DNA of 34,218 bases from Gemmatimonadales bacterium. Lineage in GTDB: Bacteria > Gemmatimonadota > Gemmatimonadetes > Gemmatimonadales > GWC2-71-9. Location: positions 1 through 34,218 of the forward strand of contig JACCRH010000346.1 in NCBI GenBank assembly GCA_013813675.1, read 5' to 3'. A program made the translations under genes and the position numbers. How positions within the stretch are numbered: the first letter of the stretch is position 1; the number at the start of each line of letters is the position of its first letter. The notes beneath the pieces are model-generated. The model saw only the letters and a list, made by a program, of their open reading frames with translations. It ran no database searches and was not told where the DNA came from. Below are positions 24,451 through 32,035 of the stretch, in pieces.

Positions 24451-24462
24451 ACGAGCCGGGGC

Positions 24463-25005
24463 TCAGCTGAGCGGGCGGCGGGCGAGCACCGAGTCGGGGT
24501 TGCGGGCCGCGATCCTGCCGTCCAGTCCCCACACCCGCCCCGCTCGAGCCATGAAGAATGCCAGCATGAGGGAGAAGAGCACCAGGTGAAACCCCTGTTG
24601 TCCGGGGGACATCCACTGGGTGGCGAGCCCATAGTTCGTCACCAGTACCAGCCCGAGCAGCGACGCCACCCCGGTCAGCAGCCCCAGCGTCAGCCCGAGA
24701 CCCACCGCCGTCTCTCCCCAGGCGGTGAGCTGGGCGAACAGTTCCGGATGGGTGAGCACCGTGCCCTCGAGGAATTGCTTGTACTCGGCGATCGGGTTCT
24801 GCGAGGCTTGCTTCGCCACGATGGCCGGCATCACGCTGATCCACCGCTCCGAGACCGCCGGCAGCGGCAGAAATCCGCCGGCCAAGACGATGCTCATCTT
24901 CGTGACCAACGACTTCACGAAGTACAGTCCCACCACGATGCGCAGGAAGGCGATCCACTTGTCGGGGTGGGTCATCGTGATGGCGGAACGGGTGGCGTGG
25001 GTCAT
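24463..25005 (-). CDS. DoxX-family integral membrane protein
   Basis: Internal ATG 25005 (or 24975) of track ORF 24463..25125. It has four hydrophobic helices (WIAFLRIVVGLYFV, TAVGLGLTLGLLTGVASLLGLVLV, HLVLFSLMLAFF). The track ORF's upstream part runs through repeat copy B. Confidence 0.75.
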   Translation of the reverse strand: MTHATRSAITMTHPDKWIAFLRIVVGLYFVKSLVTKMSIVLAGGFLPLPAVSERWISVMPAIVAKQASQNPIAEYKQFLEGTVLTHPELFAQLTAWGETAVGLGLTLGLLTGVASLLGLVLVTNYGLATQWMSPGQQGFHLVLFSLMLAFFMARAGRVWGLDGRIAARNPDSVLARRPLS

Positions 25006-25047
25006 GATCTCGAGCTCCGAATGACGTGAGGGCCAGTGCGACAGATT

Positions 25048-25113
25048 GTCACCCTGAGCGCAGCGAAGGGGGCATGACCCAGCGTATGCTCCCTTCACTT
25101 CGTTCAGGGTGAC
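25048..25113. repeat. REP/MITE-like palindromic element, copy B (diverged)
   Basis: GTCACCCTGAGCGCAGCGAAGGGG, a loop, then CTCCCTTCACTTCGTTCAGGGTGAC. It lies between the prolyl oligopeptidase stop and the DoxX start. Confidence 0.8.
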
Positions 25114-25121
25114 AACCACCG

Positions 25122-27170
25122 TCAACCAGCCTCAAACTCCACCCCCACCTCCGAAAACACAAACGCCCAGGTATCGGTCAGCTCCTCGAGCACTTTGTTG
25201 AGCGGTTTGCCCGCGCCGTGGCCGGCGCGGGCCTCCAGCCGAAGCAGAATCGGTCGAGGGGACGAAGTCGCGGCCTGGAGCCGGGCGGTCATCTTGCGGG
25301 CGTGCATAGGGTCCACCCGCGTATCGCTCTCCGCGGTGGCGAGGAGGACGGCGGGGTAGGCCACGCCGTCACCCACGTGGTGATATGGGCTGTAGGCCCT
25401 GAGCCAAGGGAACTGCGCCGGATCCTCGGCCGACCCGTACTCCGGGATCCACAGCCGGGCGATCAGGAAACGGTGATACCGCAGCATGTCGAGCAGCGGC
25501 ACCTGGATCACGACGGCCCGGAACAGGTCGGGCCGCTGGGTGAGCACGGCACCCATCAGCAGGCCGCCGTTCGACCCGCCGGCGGCGGCCAGGCGCTCCG
25601 GTACGGTGTATCCCCGCGCGATCAGCCACTCGGCGGCCGCGACGAAGTCGTCGAAGCTGTTCTGCTTGCGGCCAAGCATGCCCTGCTGGTGCCAGTCCTC
25701 GCCGTACTCTCCCCCACCCCGGATGTTGGGAATGGCGACGACTCCGCCTCGCTCCAGCCACAGCAGCAGCGAGCGCGAGAAGGCCGGCGTCATGCTGATG
25801 TTGAAGCCGCCGTACCCTGTGAGGTAGACCGGATTGCCGCCGTCCCGCACCAGGCCCGCGCGGTGCACCAGGAACATCGAGACCTCGGTGCCGTCCCGGG
25901 AGCGGACCGCCACCTGGCTCACCTCGAACCGCGAGGGATCCACGTCGGCTTCCACCCGGCGCCAGAGCTCCTCGGCGCCGGTCTCCATGTCGATCCGGTA
26001 GACGCCGGGCGGGACGGTATACGAGGAGAAGCCATAGAAGAGCTCGCGACCGTCCCACTCCGCTCCGGCGCCGAACAGGCTGCCCAGCGTCGGCAGCGGG
26101 ATCTCGCGTACACCGCGGCCGTCGTGGTCAGTGAGCCTCAGCCTCGACGACGCCCGCTCGAGATAGCTGAGCGCGAGGTGGGCGGCGGTGACCCGCACGC
26201 CTTCCAGCACAGCGTCGTGGCGCGGTCCGACGATCTCCCGCCAGGCCTCGCGGTCCGGGCGCTCGGGATCCACCGCGTAGAGCCGGTAGGTCGGCGCGTC
26301 GAGGTTGGTGCGCATGAACAGCCGGCCGTGCATGACCTCGCCCTCGAACGAGGCAGGCAGGTCTTTGGCGACTGCCACCGGTGGCGCTCCGCTCCGAAGG
26401 TCCTGCAGGTAGAGGTCGGTCTGGTCGAAGGTCCGGGCGACTCCGATCACCAGCCAGCGCCCGTCGGGCGAGATCCCCACACTGGGCCAGTGCTCCTTCT
26501 CGGCGGGCTTGAGGACCAGCGGGTCGTCCGCCGGATCCGAGCCGAGGCGGTGGAAACGGATGGCCCGGTGGTAGTGCTCCTCGCCCGCCGGCGCTTGGCC
26601 GGCCGCGGGATAGCGGGTGTAGTAGAATCCCGTCCCGTCCGGAAGCCAGGCGAGATCGGCGGCACGGGTGTGCGGGATCCGGTCTCCGAGGAGTGTGCCG
26701 GAATCCACCTCCAGCACCTGAAGCACGCTCTCCTCGCTGCCGTTCTCCGACAGGCCGTACGCCAGCAGGCGACCGTCGTCGCTCGGGTAATACCAGTCCA
26801 GCGCAACCGTGCCACCGTCGTCGAGGGCGTTGGGATCAATCACTGCCCGGTCTTCGCCGTGCACGCCCTCCCGCAAATAGAGCACCGGCTGGTTCTGCCG
26901 TCCGTCGCGCCGCTGGTAGAAGTAGCGGCCCCGCGCCGGCGTGGGAACGCTGATCGCGCCGATCGCGAGCAGCTGGTCGAGCCGGCGATGGAGGTCGGCC
27001 CGGCCCGGCACGGCGTTCAGGTACGACCGGGTGAGCGCGTTCTGGGCCGCGGTCCACTCCCTCGTGGCCGGACTCTCGCCGTCCTCCAGCCAACGGTAGG
27101 GGTCGGGGATGGTCTCGCCGTGCAGCGTCTCGGCGGTGTCGGAGGTGGGCGTGGGGGGGTACTTGGGCAT
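25122..27170 (-). CDS. Prolyl oligopeptidase (S9A serine peptidase)
   Basis: Internal ATG 27170 of track ORF 25122..28265 gives MPKYPPTPTSDT...DPYRWLED, the typical POP N-terminus. The catalytic Ser is in GGSNGGLLMG. The C-terminal Asp/His region includes D.RV and GHG. Confidence 0.9.
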   Translation of the reverse strand: MPKYPPTPTSDTAETLHGETIPDPYRWLEDGESPATREWTAAQNALTRSYLNAVPGRADLHRRLDQLLAIGAISVPTPARGRYFYQRRDGRQNQPVLYLREGVHGEDRAVIDPNALDDGGTVALDWYYPSDDGRLLAYGLSENGSEESVLQVLEVDSGTLLGDRIPHTRAADLAWLPDGTGFYYTRYPAAGQAPAGEEHYHRAIRFHRLGSDPADDPLVLKPAEKEHWPSVGISPDGRWLVIGVARTFDQTDLYLQDLRSGAPPVAVAKDLPASFEGEVMHGRLFMRTNLDAPTYRLYAVDPERPDREAWREIVGPRHDAVLEGVRVTAAHLALSYLERASSRLRLTDHDGRGVREIPLPTLGSLFGAGAEWDGRELFYGFSSYTVPPGVYRIDMETGAEELWRRVEADVDPSRFEVSQVAVRSRDGTEVSMFLVHRAGLVRDGGNPVYLTGYGGFNISMTPAFSRSLLLWLERGGVVAIPNIRGGGEYGEDWHQQGMLGRKQNSFDDFVAAAEWLIARGYTVPERLAAAGGSNGGLLMGAVLTQRPDLFRAVVIQVPLLDMLRYHRFLIARLWIPEYGSAEDPAQFPWLRAYSPYHHVGDGVAYPAVLLATAESDTRVDPMHARKMTARLQAATSSPRPILLRLEARAGHGAGKPLNKVLEELTDTWAFVFSEVGVEFEAG

Positions 27171-27203
27171 TGGGAAATGTAGGGGGTGCGCGAGTGAGAG
27201 AAT

Positions 27204-27268
27204 GTCACCCTGAGCGAAGTCGAGGGGGCCCATGCTGGCACGGCCTCCTTCGCTCCGCTCAGGATGAC
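27204..27268. repeat. REP/MITE-like palindromic element, copy C
   Basis: GTCACCCTGAGCGAAGTCGAGGGGG, a loop, then CTCCTTCGCTCCGCTCAGGATGAC. It lies between the pfkA stop (27275) and the POP start (27170). Confidence 0.85.
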
Positions 27269-27274
27269 AACGCG

Positions 27275-28354
27275 TCAATCCCCCAGGCTGATCCCCAGCT
27301 CCCTCGCCGTCGCGATGATGTCGCCGTCGAGAGGGACGTTCTTGGGCCGGCCGACCACCTCGGCCAGCGGAACCCTGGTGATGTCGGGCCCGTTGAGGCC
27401 GACCATCGTTCCGAACGCCCCCTCGGCGATGGCTCGCACCGCGGCGCCGCCGAACCGGAGCGCGAGGAGGCGGTCGTACGTCGTCGGAGAGCCGCCCCGC
27501 TGGAGATGGCCGAGGACCAGCGTGCGGGTCTCCTTTCCGGTCCTGAGCTCGATCGCCCGGGCTACCTTGCTCGCGATCCCACCCAGCCGATCCACCGTAC
27601 CGATGCCCCGGCGTTCCACCAGCTCGATCGCTCCGTCGCTGGGACGCGCGCCCTCCGCGACCACCACGATGCTGAAGCGGCGCCCGGCCGCCTCCCGGGC
27701 GCGGATCTTGTCGCACACCCTCTCGATGTCGAACGGGATCTCCGGCAGCAGAATCACGTCGGCGCTGCCCGAGAGCCCGCTGTAGAGCGCGATCCACCCG
27801 GCGTAGCGGCCCATCAGCTCGACCACCATCACCCGGTCGTGGCTCTCCGCGGTGGAGTGCACCTTGTCGAGGGCCTCTGTCGCGGTGCTCACGGCGCTGT
27901 CGAACCCGAAGGTACGTTGGGTGCCGCTCACGTCGTTGTCGATCGTCTTGGGCACGCACACCACCGGCAGCCCTTTGCACCAGAGCTGGTGCGAGATCTG
28001 GAGGCTGCCGTCGCCGCCGATCGAGATCAGCGCGTCGAAGCCGCTGGCCTGGAAGGCCCCCACCAGGTCGTCCGAGCGGTCGGTCTCCGATTCGTTCCCC
28101 TGCTCGTCCCGCATCACGTAGCGGAACGGATTGCCACGGTTGGTGGTGCCGAGAATCGTCCCGCCGAGATGAGTGATGCCCCGAACCTCGGCGGGACCCA
28201 GCGGAACCACGCCGTTGAACGACAAGAGGCCCTCGTAGCCGCGCAGGATTCCGTAGGATCGCCAACCGCGGTAGTGAGCCGACAGCACCACCGCCCGAAT
28301 CACCGCATTGAGCCCCGGCGCGTCGCCGCCGCCGCTGGAGATGGCGAGCCTCAC
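27275..28354 (-). CDS. pfkA: ATP-dependent 6-phosphofructokinase
   Basis: MRLAISSGGGDAPGLNAVIR, IGGDGS, PKTIDNDV, MGRYAGW and LGHLQRGG are present. The start is a GTG that overlaps the stop of the upstream small gene (GTGA at 28351-28354). Confidence 0.9.
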   Translation of the reverse strand: MRLAISSGGGDAPGLNAVIRAVVLSAHYRGWRSYGILRGYEGLLSFNGVVPLGPAEVRGITHLGGTILGTTNRGNPFRYVMRDEQGNESETDRSDDLVGAFQASGFDALISIGGDGSLQISHQLWCKGLPVVCVPKTIDNDVSGTQRTFGFDSAVSTATEALDKVHSTAESHDRVMVVELMGRYAGWIALYSGLSGSADVILLPEIPFDIERVCDKIRAREAAGRRFSIVVVAEGARPSDGAIELVERRGIGTVDRLGGIASKVARAIELRTGKETRTLVLGHLQRGGSPTTYDRLLALRFGGAAVRAIAEGAFGTMVGLNGPDITRVPLAEVVGRPKNVPLDGDIIATARELGISLGD

Positions 28355-28584
28355 CCGGTTGCCTCTCGTATCAGCCTCACCACTTCTCCAGCCTCCGCGT
28401 GCCTCCGGCTGGCCTTCTTGGAAAAGACCAGCTCGCCGTCCACCCTGACCTCGAAAACGCCACCCGACGAGGGGATCAGGCGCACCTCCGGCTCAGGGAA
28501 GGACTGCTTCAGCTCGGCCGCCAGACCGGTGGCCCGAGACTCGTAGTTTCAGACCACGCAATACTGGATGGTCACCTGCATCAT
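28351..28584 (-). CDS. Rdx-family (SelW/SelT/SelH-like) redox protein with in-frame TGA (selenocysteine) at the CxxU position
   Basis: My own minus-strand translation gives MMQVTIQYCVV[TGA]NYESRATGLAAELKQSFPEPEVRLIPSSGGVFEVRVDGELVFSKKASRRHAEAGEVVRLIREATG*. The TGA is at 28549-28551. GGAGGG lies just upstream of the two ATGs. The ORF track shows only the first 11 codons, as the tail of a spurious 652-aa ORF. Confidence 0.7.
28513..28538 (-). promoter_or_regulatory. Candidate bacterial SECIS hairpin
   Basis: The mRNA reads UGA, 10 nt, then CUCGG(G)CC-A-CC-GGUCU-GG-C-GGCCGAG. That gives 7 outer pairs with one bulged G, 2 inner pairs, and a 5-nt apical loop containing GU about 21 nt after the UGA. 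Confidence 0.55.
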
Positions 28585-28613
28585 TGCCCTCCGCCCGGGG
28601 TGTGCCGCCGCGA

Positions 28614-28642
28614 ATCGTAGCCCTCCGCTGTGGCGAAGCCAA
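28614..28642 (-). promoter_or_regulatory. Candidate promoter for the selW-like/pfkA unit
   Basis: On the minus strand: TTGGCT (28642-28637), a 17-nt spacer, then TACGAT (28619-28614). It sits about 30 nt upstream of the ATGs. Confidence 0.3.
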
Positions 28643-28670
28643 GAGGGACCGACCGCTGTGACGAGCCTCC

Positions 28671-28699
28671 TTGTCAGTCCCGACCTGGCGGCGTATCTA
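28671..28699 (+). promoter_or_regulatory. Candidate promoter for the OmpA-family gene, implying a leaderless or near-leaderless mRNA
   Basis: TTGTCA (28671-28676), a 17-nt spacer, then TATCTA (28694-28699). The ATG at 28708 is only 8 nt past the -10 and has no Shine-Dalgarno. Confidence 0.35.
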
Positions 28700-28707
28700 T
28701 TTGACCC

Positions 28708-30246
28708 ATGCGAACCTACCGACGTCCTTCTCGATCCCTCGCCGAGGGGTACCGGGTAGTCCGTGCCCTGGCCCCGCTCCTGCTCTTTGCCTCGGCACTC
28801 CAGGCCCAGCAACGCCGGTATCTGGTCGAGCTTGGCGCCGGTGTTCTCAATCAATCCTATGGCTCCATCACCGAGCTCAAGAGCGCGTTCGGCGGAGTCG
28901 GGCGGGTCGGGCTCTGGCTGCCCTACCATTTCTCGGTCGAGCTCGAGGGCGCGTTTGCCGGGGCGAAGACCAAGGATACGGATGTCGGCGTCAGTACCAG
29001 GACCTTCATCGGGTCGATCCTCTACAACATTCCGCTGGGCCGCAACGCATGGGGACATCTCCGGGCGGGAGGGGGATCGACCAAGTTCGGTGATCCCTGT
29101 CCCACCGCTGTCGCCTCCACCATCATCTGTGGCAGCAGCAGCGCGCTGGCGGGCGGGGCGGGCGTGCGCGTCGGCATCGGCTCCGAGGTCCTCATTCGAG
29201 GCGATCTGGCCCTGACCCGCAACCGGAGTAAAGACCCTCCACGCAGCTTCACCAACCTCGGCGTGAGCGTCGGTCTCAGCTACATGCTCGGGAGCAAGCC
29301 GATCCCCGACAGCGATGGGGATGGCGTCCTGGAGAACCGCGACCGCTGCCCGGATACCCCAGCCGGCGCGCAGGTGGACGGGACCGGGTGCCCCAGCGAC
29401 AGCGACGCGGACGGCGTGCCCGACGGGGTGGACCGCTGCGCCAACACCGCGCCGGGCGCCTCGGTCAACTCGACCGGATGCACCCAGGACTCCGATGGCG
29501 ACAACATCGCCGACGGGCTGGACCGCTGCCCCGATACCGAGACCGGGGTGCTGGTGGACCCCAACGGCTGCCCCAAGGACAGCGACGGGGATTCCATTCC
29601 CGACGGCCTCGACCGCTGCTCCGAGACGCCGCGCGGCGCGACGGTGGACGCCCTCGGCTGCCCCGGGGACGAGGACGGCGACGGTGTGCTCGACGGTCTC
29701 GATCGCTGCCCCCGGACGCCGACGGGAGCGACGATCAACCCCGCCGGATGCCCCACGGCGCCCGGCGCGGCGGCGCGGCCGGCTCCACCCGATCCCCAGA
29801 CGCCGGCGCAGCCACCGGCGGTGACCCCACGACCGTCTCGGGTCCAGCGCGACCCGCCTCGACCCCAGCCGACGGCCAGAGCGTCTCGATCGGGGATCGT
29901 GGCGGGAGTCCTCCCCGGCGTCGGGTTTGCCCCCGGCACCGCGCGGCTTCTGCCCCAGTCGTACGCCGCGCTCGACTCCATCGCCGGGATCCTCCAGGCG
30001 GACACTACCCTTAGGGCGGAAGTCGGTGCGCACACCGACAACGCCGGCGTGGCCGCGCAGAACCAACATCTCACCAACCTCCAGGCCGACGCGGTGCGGA
30101 CCTACCTGGTCACCAAGGGCGTCAACTTTCAGCAGGTGCAGGCGCGGGGTTATGGCGGCGGCATCCCTCTCACCACCGACAATACGCCCCGCGGCCGGTT
30201 GGCGAACCGAAGAGTGGAGATCAAGCCGGTCGCACCGGGCCTCTGA
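28708..30246 (+). CDS. OmpA-family outer-membrane protein: N-terminal beta-barrel, five thrombospondin type 3 Ca-binding repeats, Pro-rich linker, OmpA C-terminal peptidoglycan-binding domain
   Basis: A signal-like LAPLLLFASALQAQQ is followed by alternating barrel strands. The middle is DSDGDG..D..DRCPDTP.G..V...GCP repeated five times. The C-terminus is GFAPGTARLLP...VGAHTDN...LQADAVRTYL...NRRVEI. Confidence 0.9.
   Translation: MRTYRRPSRSLAEGYRVVRALAPLLLFASALQAQQRRYLVELGAGVLNQSYGSITELKSAFGGVGRVGLWLPYHFSVELEGAFAGAKTKDTDVGVSTRTFIGSILYNIPLGRNAWGHLRAGGGSTKFGDPCPTAVASTIICGSSSALAGGAGVRVGIGSEVLIRGDLALTRNRSKDPPRSFTNLGVSVGLSYMLGSKPIPDSDGDGVLENRDRCPDTPAGAQVDGTGCPSDSDADGVPDGVDRCANTAPGASVNSTGCTQDSDGDNIADGLDRCPDTETGVLVDPNGCPKDSDGDSIPDGLDRCSETPRGATVDALGCPGDEDGDGVLDGLDRCPRTPTGATINPAGCPTAPGAAARPAPPDPQTPAQPPAVTPRPSRVQRDPPRPQPTARASRSGIVAGVLPGVGFAPGTARLLPQSYAALDSIAGILQADTTLRAEVGAHTDNAGVAAQNQHLTNLQADAVRTYLVTKGVNFQQVQARGYGGGIPLTTDNTPRGRLANRRVEIKPVAPGL
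29308..29757 (+). repeat. Five tandem 90-bp (30-aa) TSP3-type repeats within the OmpA-family gene
   Basis: In aa 201-350 each unit reads (D/E)SD(G/A)D(G/N/S)..D(G/N).DRC(P/A/S).T..G..V...GC(P/T). Confidence 0.85.
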
Positions 30247-30253
30247 TTTGCGG

Positions 30254-30300
30254 AAGAAGAACGCCGGGGCGCCACTGGGTGCCCCGGCGTTCTTCTTTCT
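30254..30300. terminator. Rho-independent (potentially bidirectional) terminator after the OmpA-family gene
   Basis: AAGAAGAACGCCGGGGC (30254-30270) pairs perfectly with GCCCCGGCGTTCTTCTT (30281-30297). Two further pairs sit in the loop region. The T-rich run TTCTTCTTTCT follows on the plus strand, and an A-rich mirror serves the minus strand. Confidence 0.8.
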
Positions 30301-30313
30301 CGGATCAGGGGTC

Positions 30314-31525
30314 ATGCACCGCTCTCTCAGGCTCGGCATTCTGGCGATTTTTCTGCACGTCGCCTCCCTCGAAGCCCAGCAGGGCCCCCGCTGGGCGGAC
30401 GAGCTGCCCCCCGCCCCGGCGCCCCCGGACTCGATCTTCGCCGTCCCGGGGATGGAGGCGCCGGTCCGCTGGCCCGCTCCGCCGCTCGACCGACCCCCGG
30501 CCAGCATGCGCGCCCTCTACGTCAACGCGTGGGCCTTCGGCGGCAAGCGCTTTCACGAGCTGGTGCGGCTCGCCGACCGGACCGAGGTCAATGCGTTCGT
30601 GGTGGACGTAAAGGACGACACCGGGTACCTCACTTACCGGTCCCAGGTCCGGACCGCGGTCGAGATCGGCGCCAACCAGCAGCTCCGCGCCCGCGACACA
30701 CGGGAGCGGGTTCGGATCATGCGCGAGCACGGGATTTTTCCCATCGCCCGCATCGTGGTGGCGAAGGACCCGTTGCTCGCCGCCAAGAAGCCCCTGTGGT
30801 CGGTCCAGCACGTGAACGGCGGACTCTGGCGCGACCGGCTCGACTTCGCCTGGGTGGATGCGTTCAACGATTCGATCTGGGTCTACGCCGCGGAGCTGGC
30901 CGCCGAGGCGGTGCGCATGGGCTTCGCCGAGGTGCAGTACGACTATGTGCGGTTCCCCGACGAGCCCGAGAGCCGTCTGGCGAGCGCGCTCTTCCCCGGC
31001 CGGCGTCCCGGCGAGACCAAGCGGCAGGGTGTGACCCGCAACCTGCGCCTGTTGCGGGAGCGAACCAGGCCGATCGGCGTGCCTTTCACCATCGACGTCT
31101 TTGGCCTCACCACCAGCGCGCGCGGCGACATGGGGATCGGGCAGTACTGGGAGGACCTGGTCACCACCGCGGACGTGGTGTTGCCGATGGTATACCCCAG
31201 CCACTACATGCGCGGGGTCTACAACCTGAAGCACCCCAATAGCGAGCCGTACCAGGTGATCCGGCGCGCGATGCAGGACGCGCTGCGCCGCTCGGCGCCC
31301 CTGGGAGAGACTGCCGAGATCCGGCCCTATCTCCAGGCGTTCACGCTGGGCCAGCCCCGCTACACCCCGGCGTTGGTGCGAGAACAGATCCGCGCCGCCG
31401 AGGAGCTGGGCCTCGATTCATGGGTGCTGTGGAACCCTAGGAGCGCCTACGACCCGGCGATCTTCCGTCCCAAAGCCGCTTCCTTGAGTGCGCTGCCAGT
31501 CACGGATGTGACCTCCGGGCAATGA
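30314..31525 (+). CDS. DUF4015-type putative glycoside hydrolase (TIM-barrel), secreted
   Basis: Internal ATG 30314 of track ORF 29927..31525 gives the signal peptide MHRSLRLGILAIFLHVASLEAQQ. RALYVNAWAFGG...LADRTEVNAFVVDVKDDTGYLTY and EVQYDYVRFP fit the family pattern. Confidence 0.75.
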   Translation: MHRSLRLGILAIFLHVASLEAQQGPRWADELPPAPAPPDSIFAVPGMEAPVRWPAPPLDRPPASMRALYVNAWAFGGKRFHELVRLADRTEVNAFVVDVKDDTGYLTYRSQVRTAVEIGANQQLRARDTRERVRIMREHGIFPIARIVVAKDPLLAAKKPLWSVQHVNGGLWRDRLDFAWVDAFNDSIWVYAAELAAEAVRMGFAEVQYDYVRFPDEPESRLASALFPGRRPGETKRQGVTRNLRLLRERTRPIGVPFTIDVFGLTTSARGDMGIGQYWEDLVTTADVVLPMVYPSHYMRGVYNLKHPNSEPYQVIRRAMQDALRRSAPLGETAEIRPYLQAFTLGQPRYTPALVREQIRAAEELGLDSWVLWNPRSAYDPAIFRPKAASLSALPVTDVTSGQ

Positions 31526-31570
31526 GTTGGCAGGGCCCTCCCCGGGGTGCTCGCCTCCCCTCCGACCGGC

Positions 31571-31598
31571 TTGACCGGCATTCAGCCAGGCTTATTCT
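31571..31598 (+). promoter_or_regulatory. Candidate sigma70-type promoter for the cytochrome c / thioredoxin-domain gene pair
   Basis: TTGACC (31571-31576), a 16-nt spacer, then TATTCT (31593-31598). An AGGAG Shine-Dalgarno lies a few nt before ATG 31646. Confidence 0.4.
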
Positions 31599-31645
31599 CA
31601 GAGACCGAGAGGTTGGCAACGCCCTCACCCCCATAGGAGTACACG

Positions 31646-32029
31646 ATGCTTTTCCCCGCTCGCCTCGGTCTGCTGCTCGCCCTGGCCGCGCTGGCAGGTG
31701 CCGGCGAGGCCGCCGCGCAGGATAAAGCCGCGCCCGCCGGCGGGACGCCGGCCGCGATCGCCAAGGGCGACACGATCTTCCACAAGACCGGCCTATGCTA
31801 CGCCTGTCACGGCAGCAACGCCGAGGGCACCATTGGACCCAACCTCACCGATGCGGAATGGCTGCACGGCGACGGCTCCTACGACATGATCGTCGCCACC
31901 GTGACGTCGGGGATTCCCGCCGAGAAAGCGAAGAAGGGCGTTCCCATGCCGGCCAAGGGCGGCAGCTCGATCACGGACGAAGAGGTGAAGGCGGTGGCGG
32001 CCTACGTCTATTCGTTGAGCCACAAGTAG
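31646..32029 (+). CDS. Small periplasmic class-I c-type cytochrome
   Basis: It has the signal peptide MLFPARLGLLLALAALAGAGEAAAQ, one CxxCH site (CYACH) and a distal VPMPA Met. Confidence 0.85.
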   Translation: MLFPARLGLLLALAALAGAGEAAAQDKAAPAGGTPAAIAKGDTIFHKTGLCYACHGSNAEGTIGPNLTDAEWLHGDGSYDMIVATVTSGIPAEKAKKGVPMPAKGGSSITDEEVKAVAAYVYSLSHK

Positions 32030-32035
32030 CCAGCC

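Noticed and set aside
27171-28265. N-terminal 365 aa of the 1047-aa minus-strand ORF 25122..28265
   Set aside because: It is an out-of-frame overlap of pfkA and repeat copy C. Its composition is Arg/Gly/Pro-rich. The peptidase homology begins only at MPKYPPTP (ATG 27170).
28585-30507. Upstream ~640 aa of the 652-aa minus-strand ORF 28549..30507
   Set aside because: It is antisense to the well-supported OmpA-family gene and its composition is nonsensical. Only the last 11 codons (MMQVTIQYCVV) are real, as the N-terminus of the SelW-like gene.
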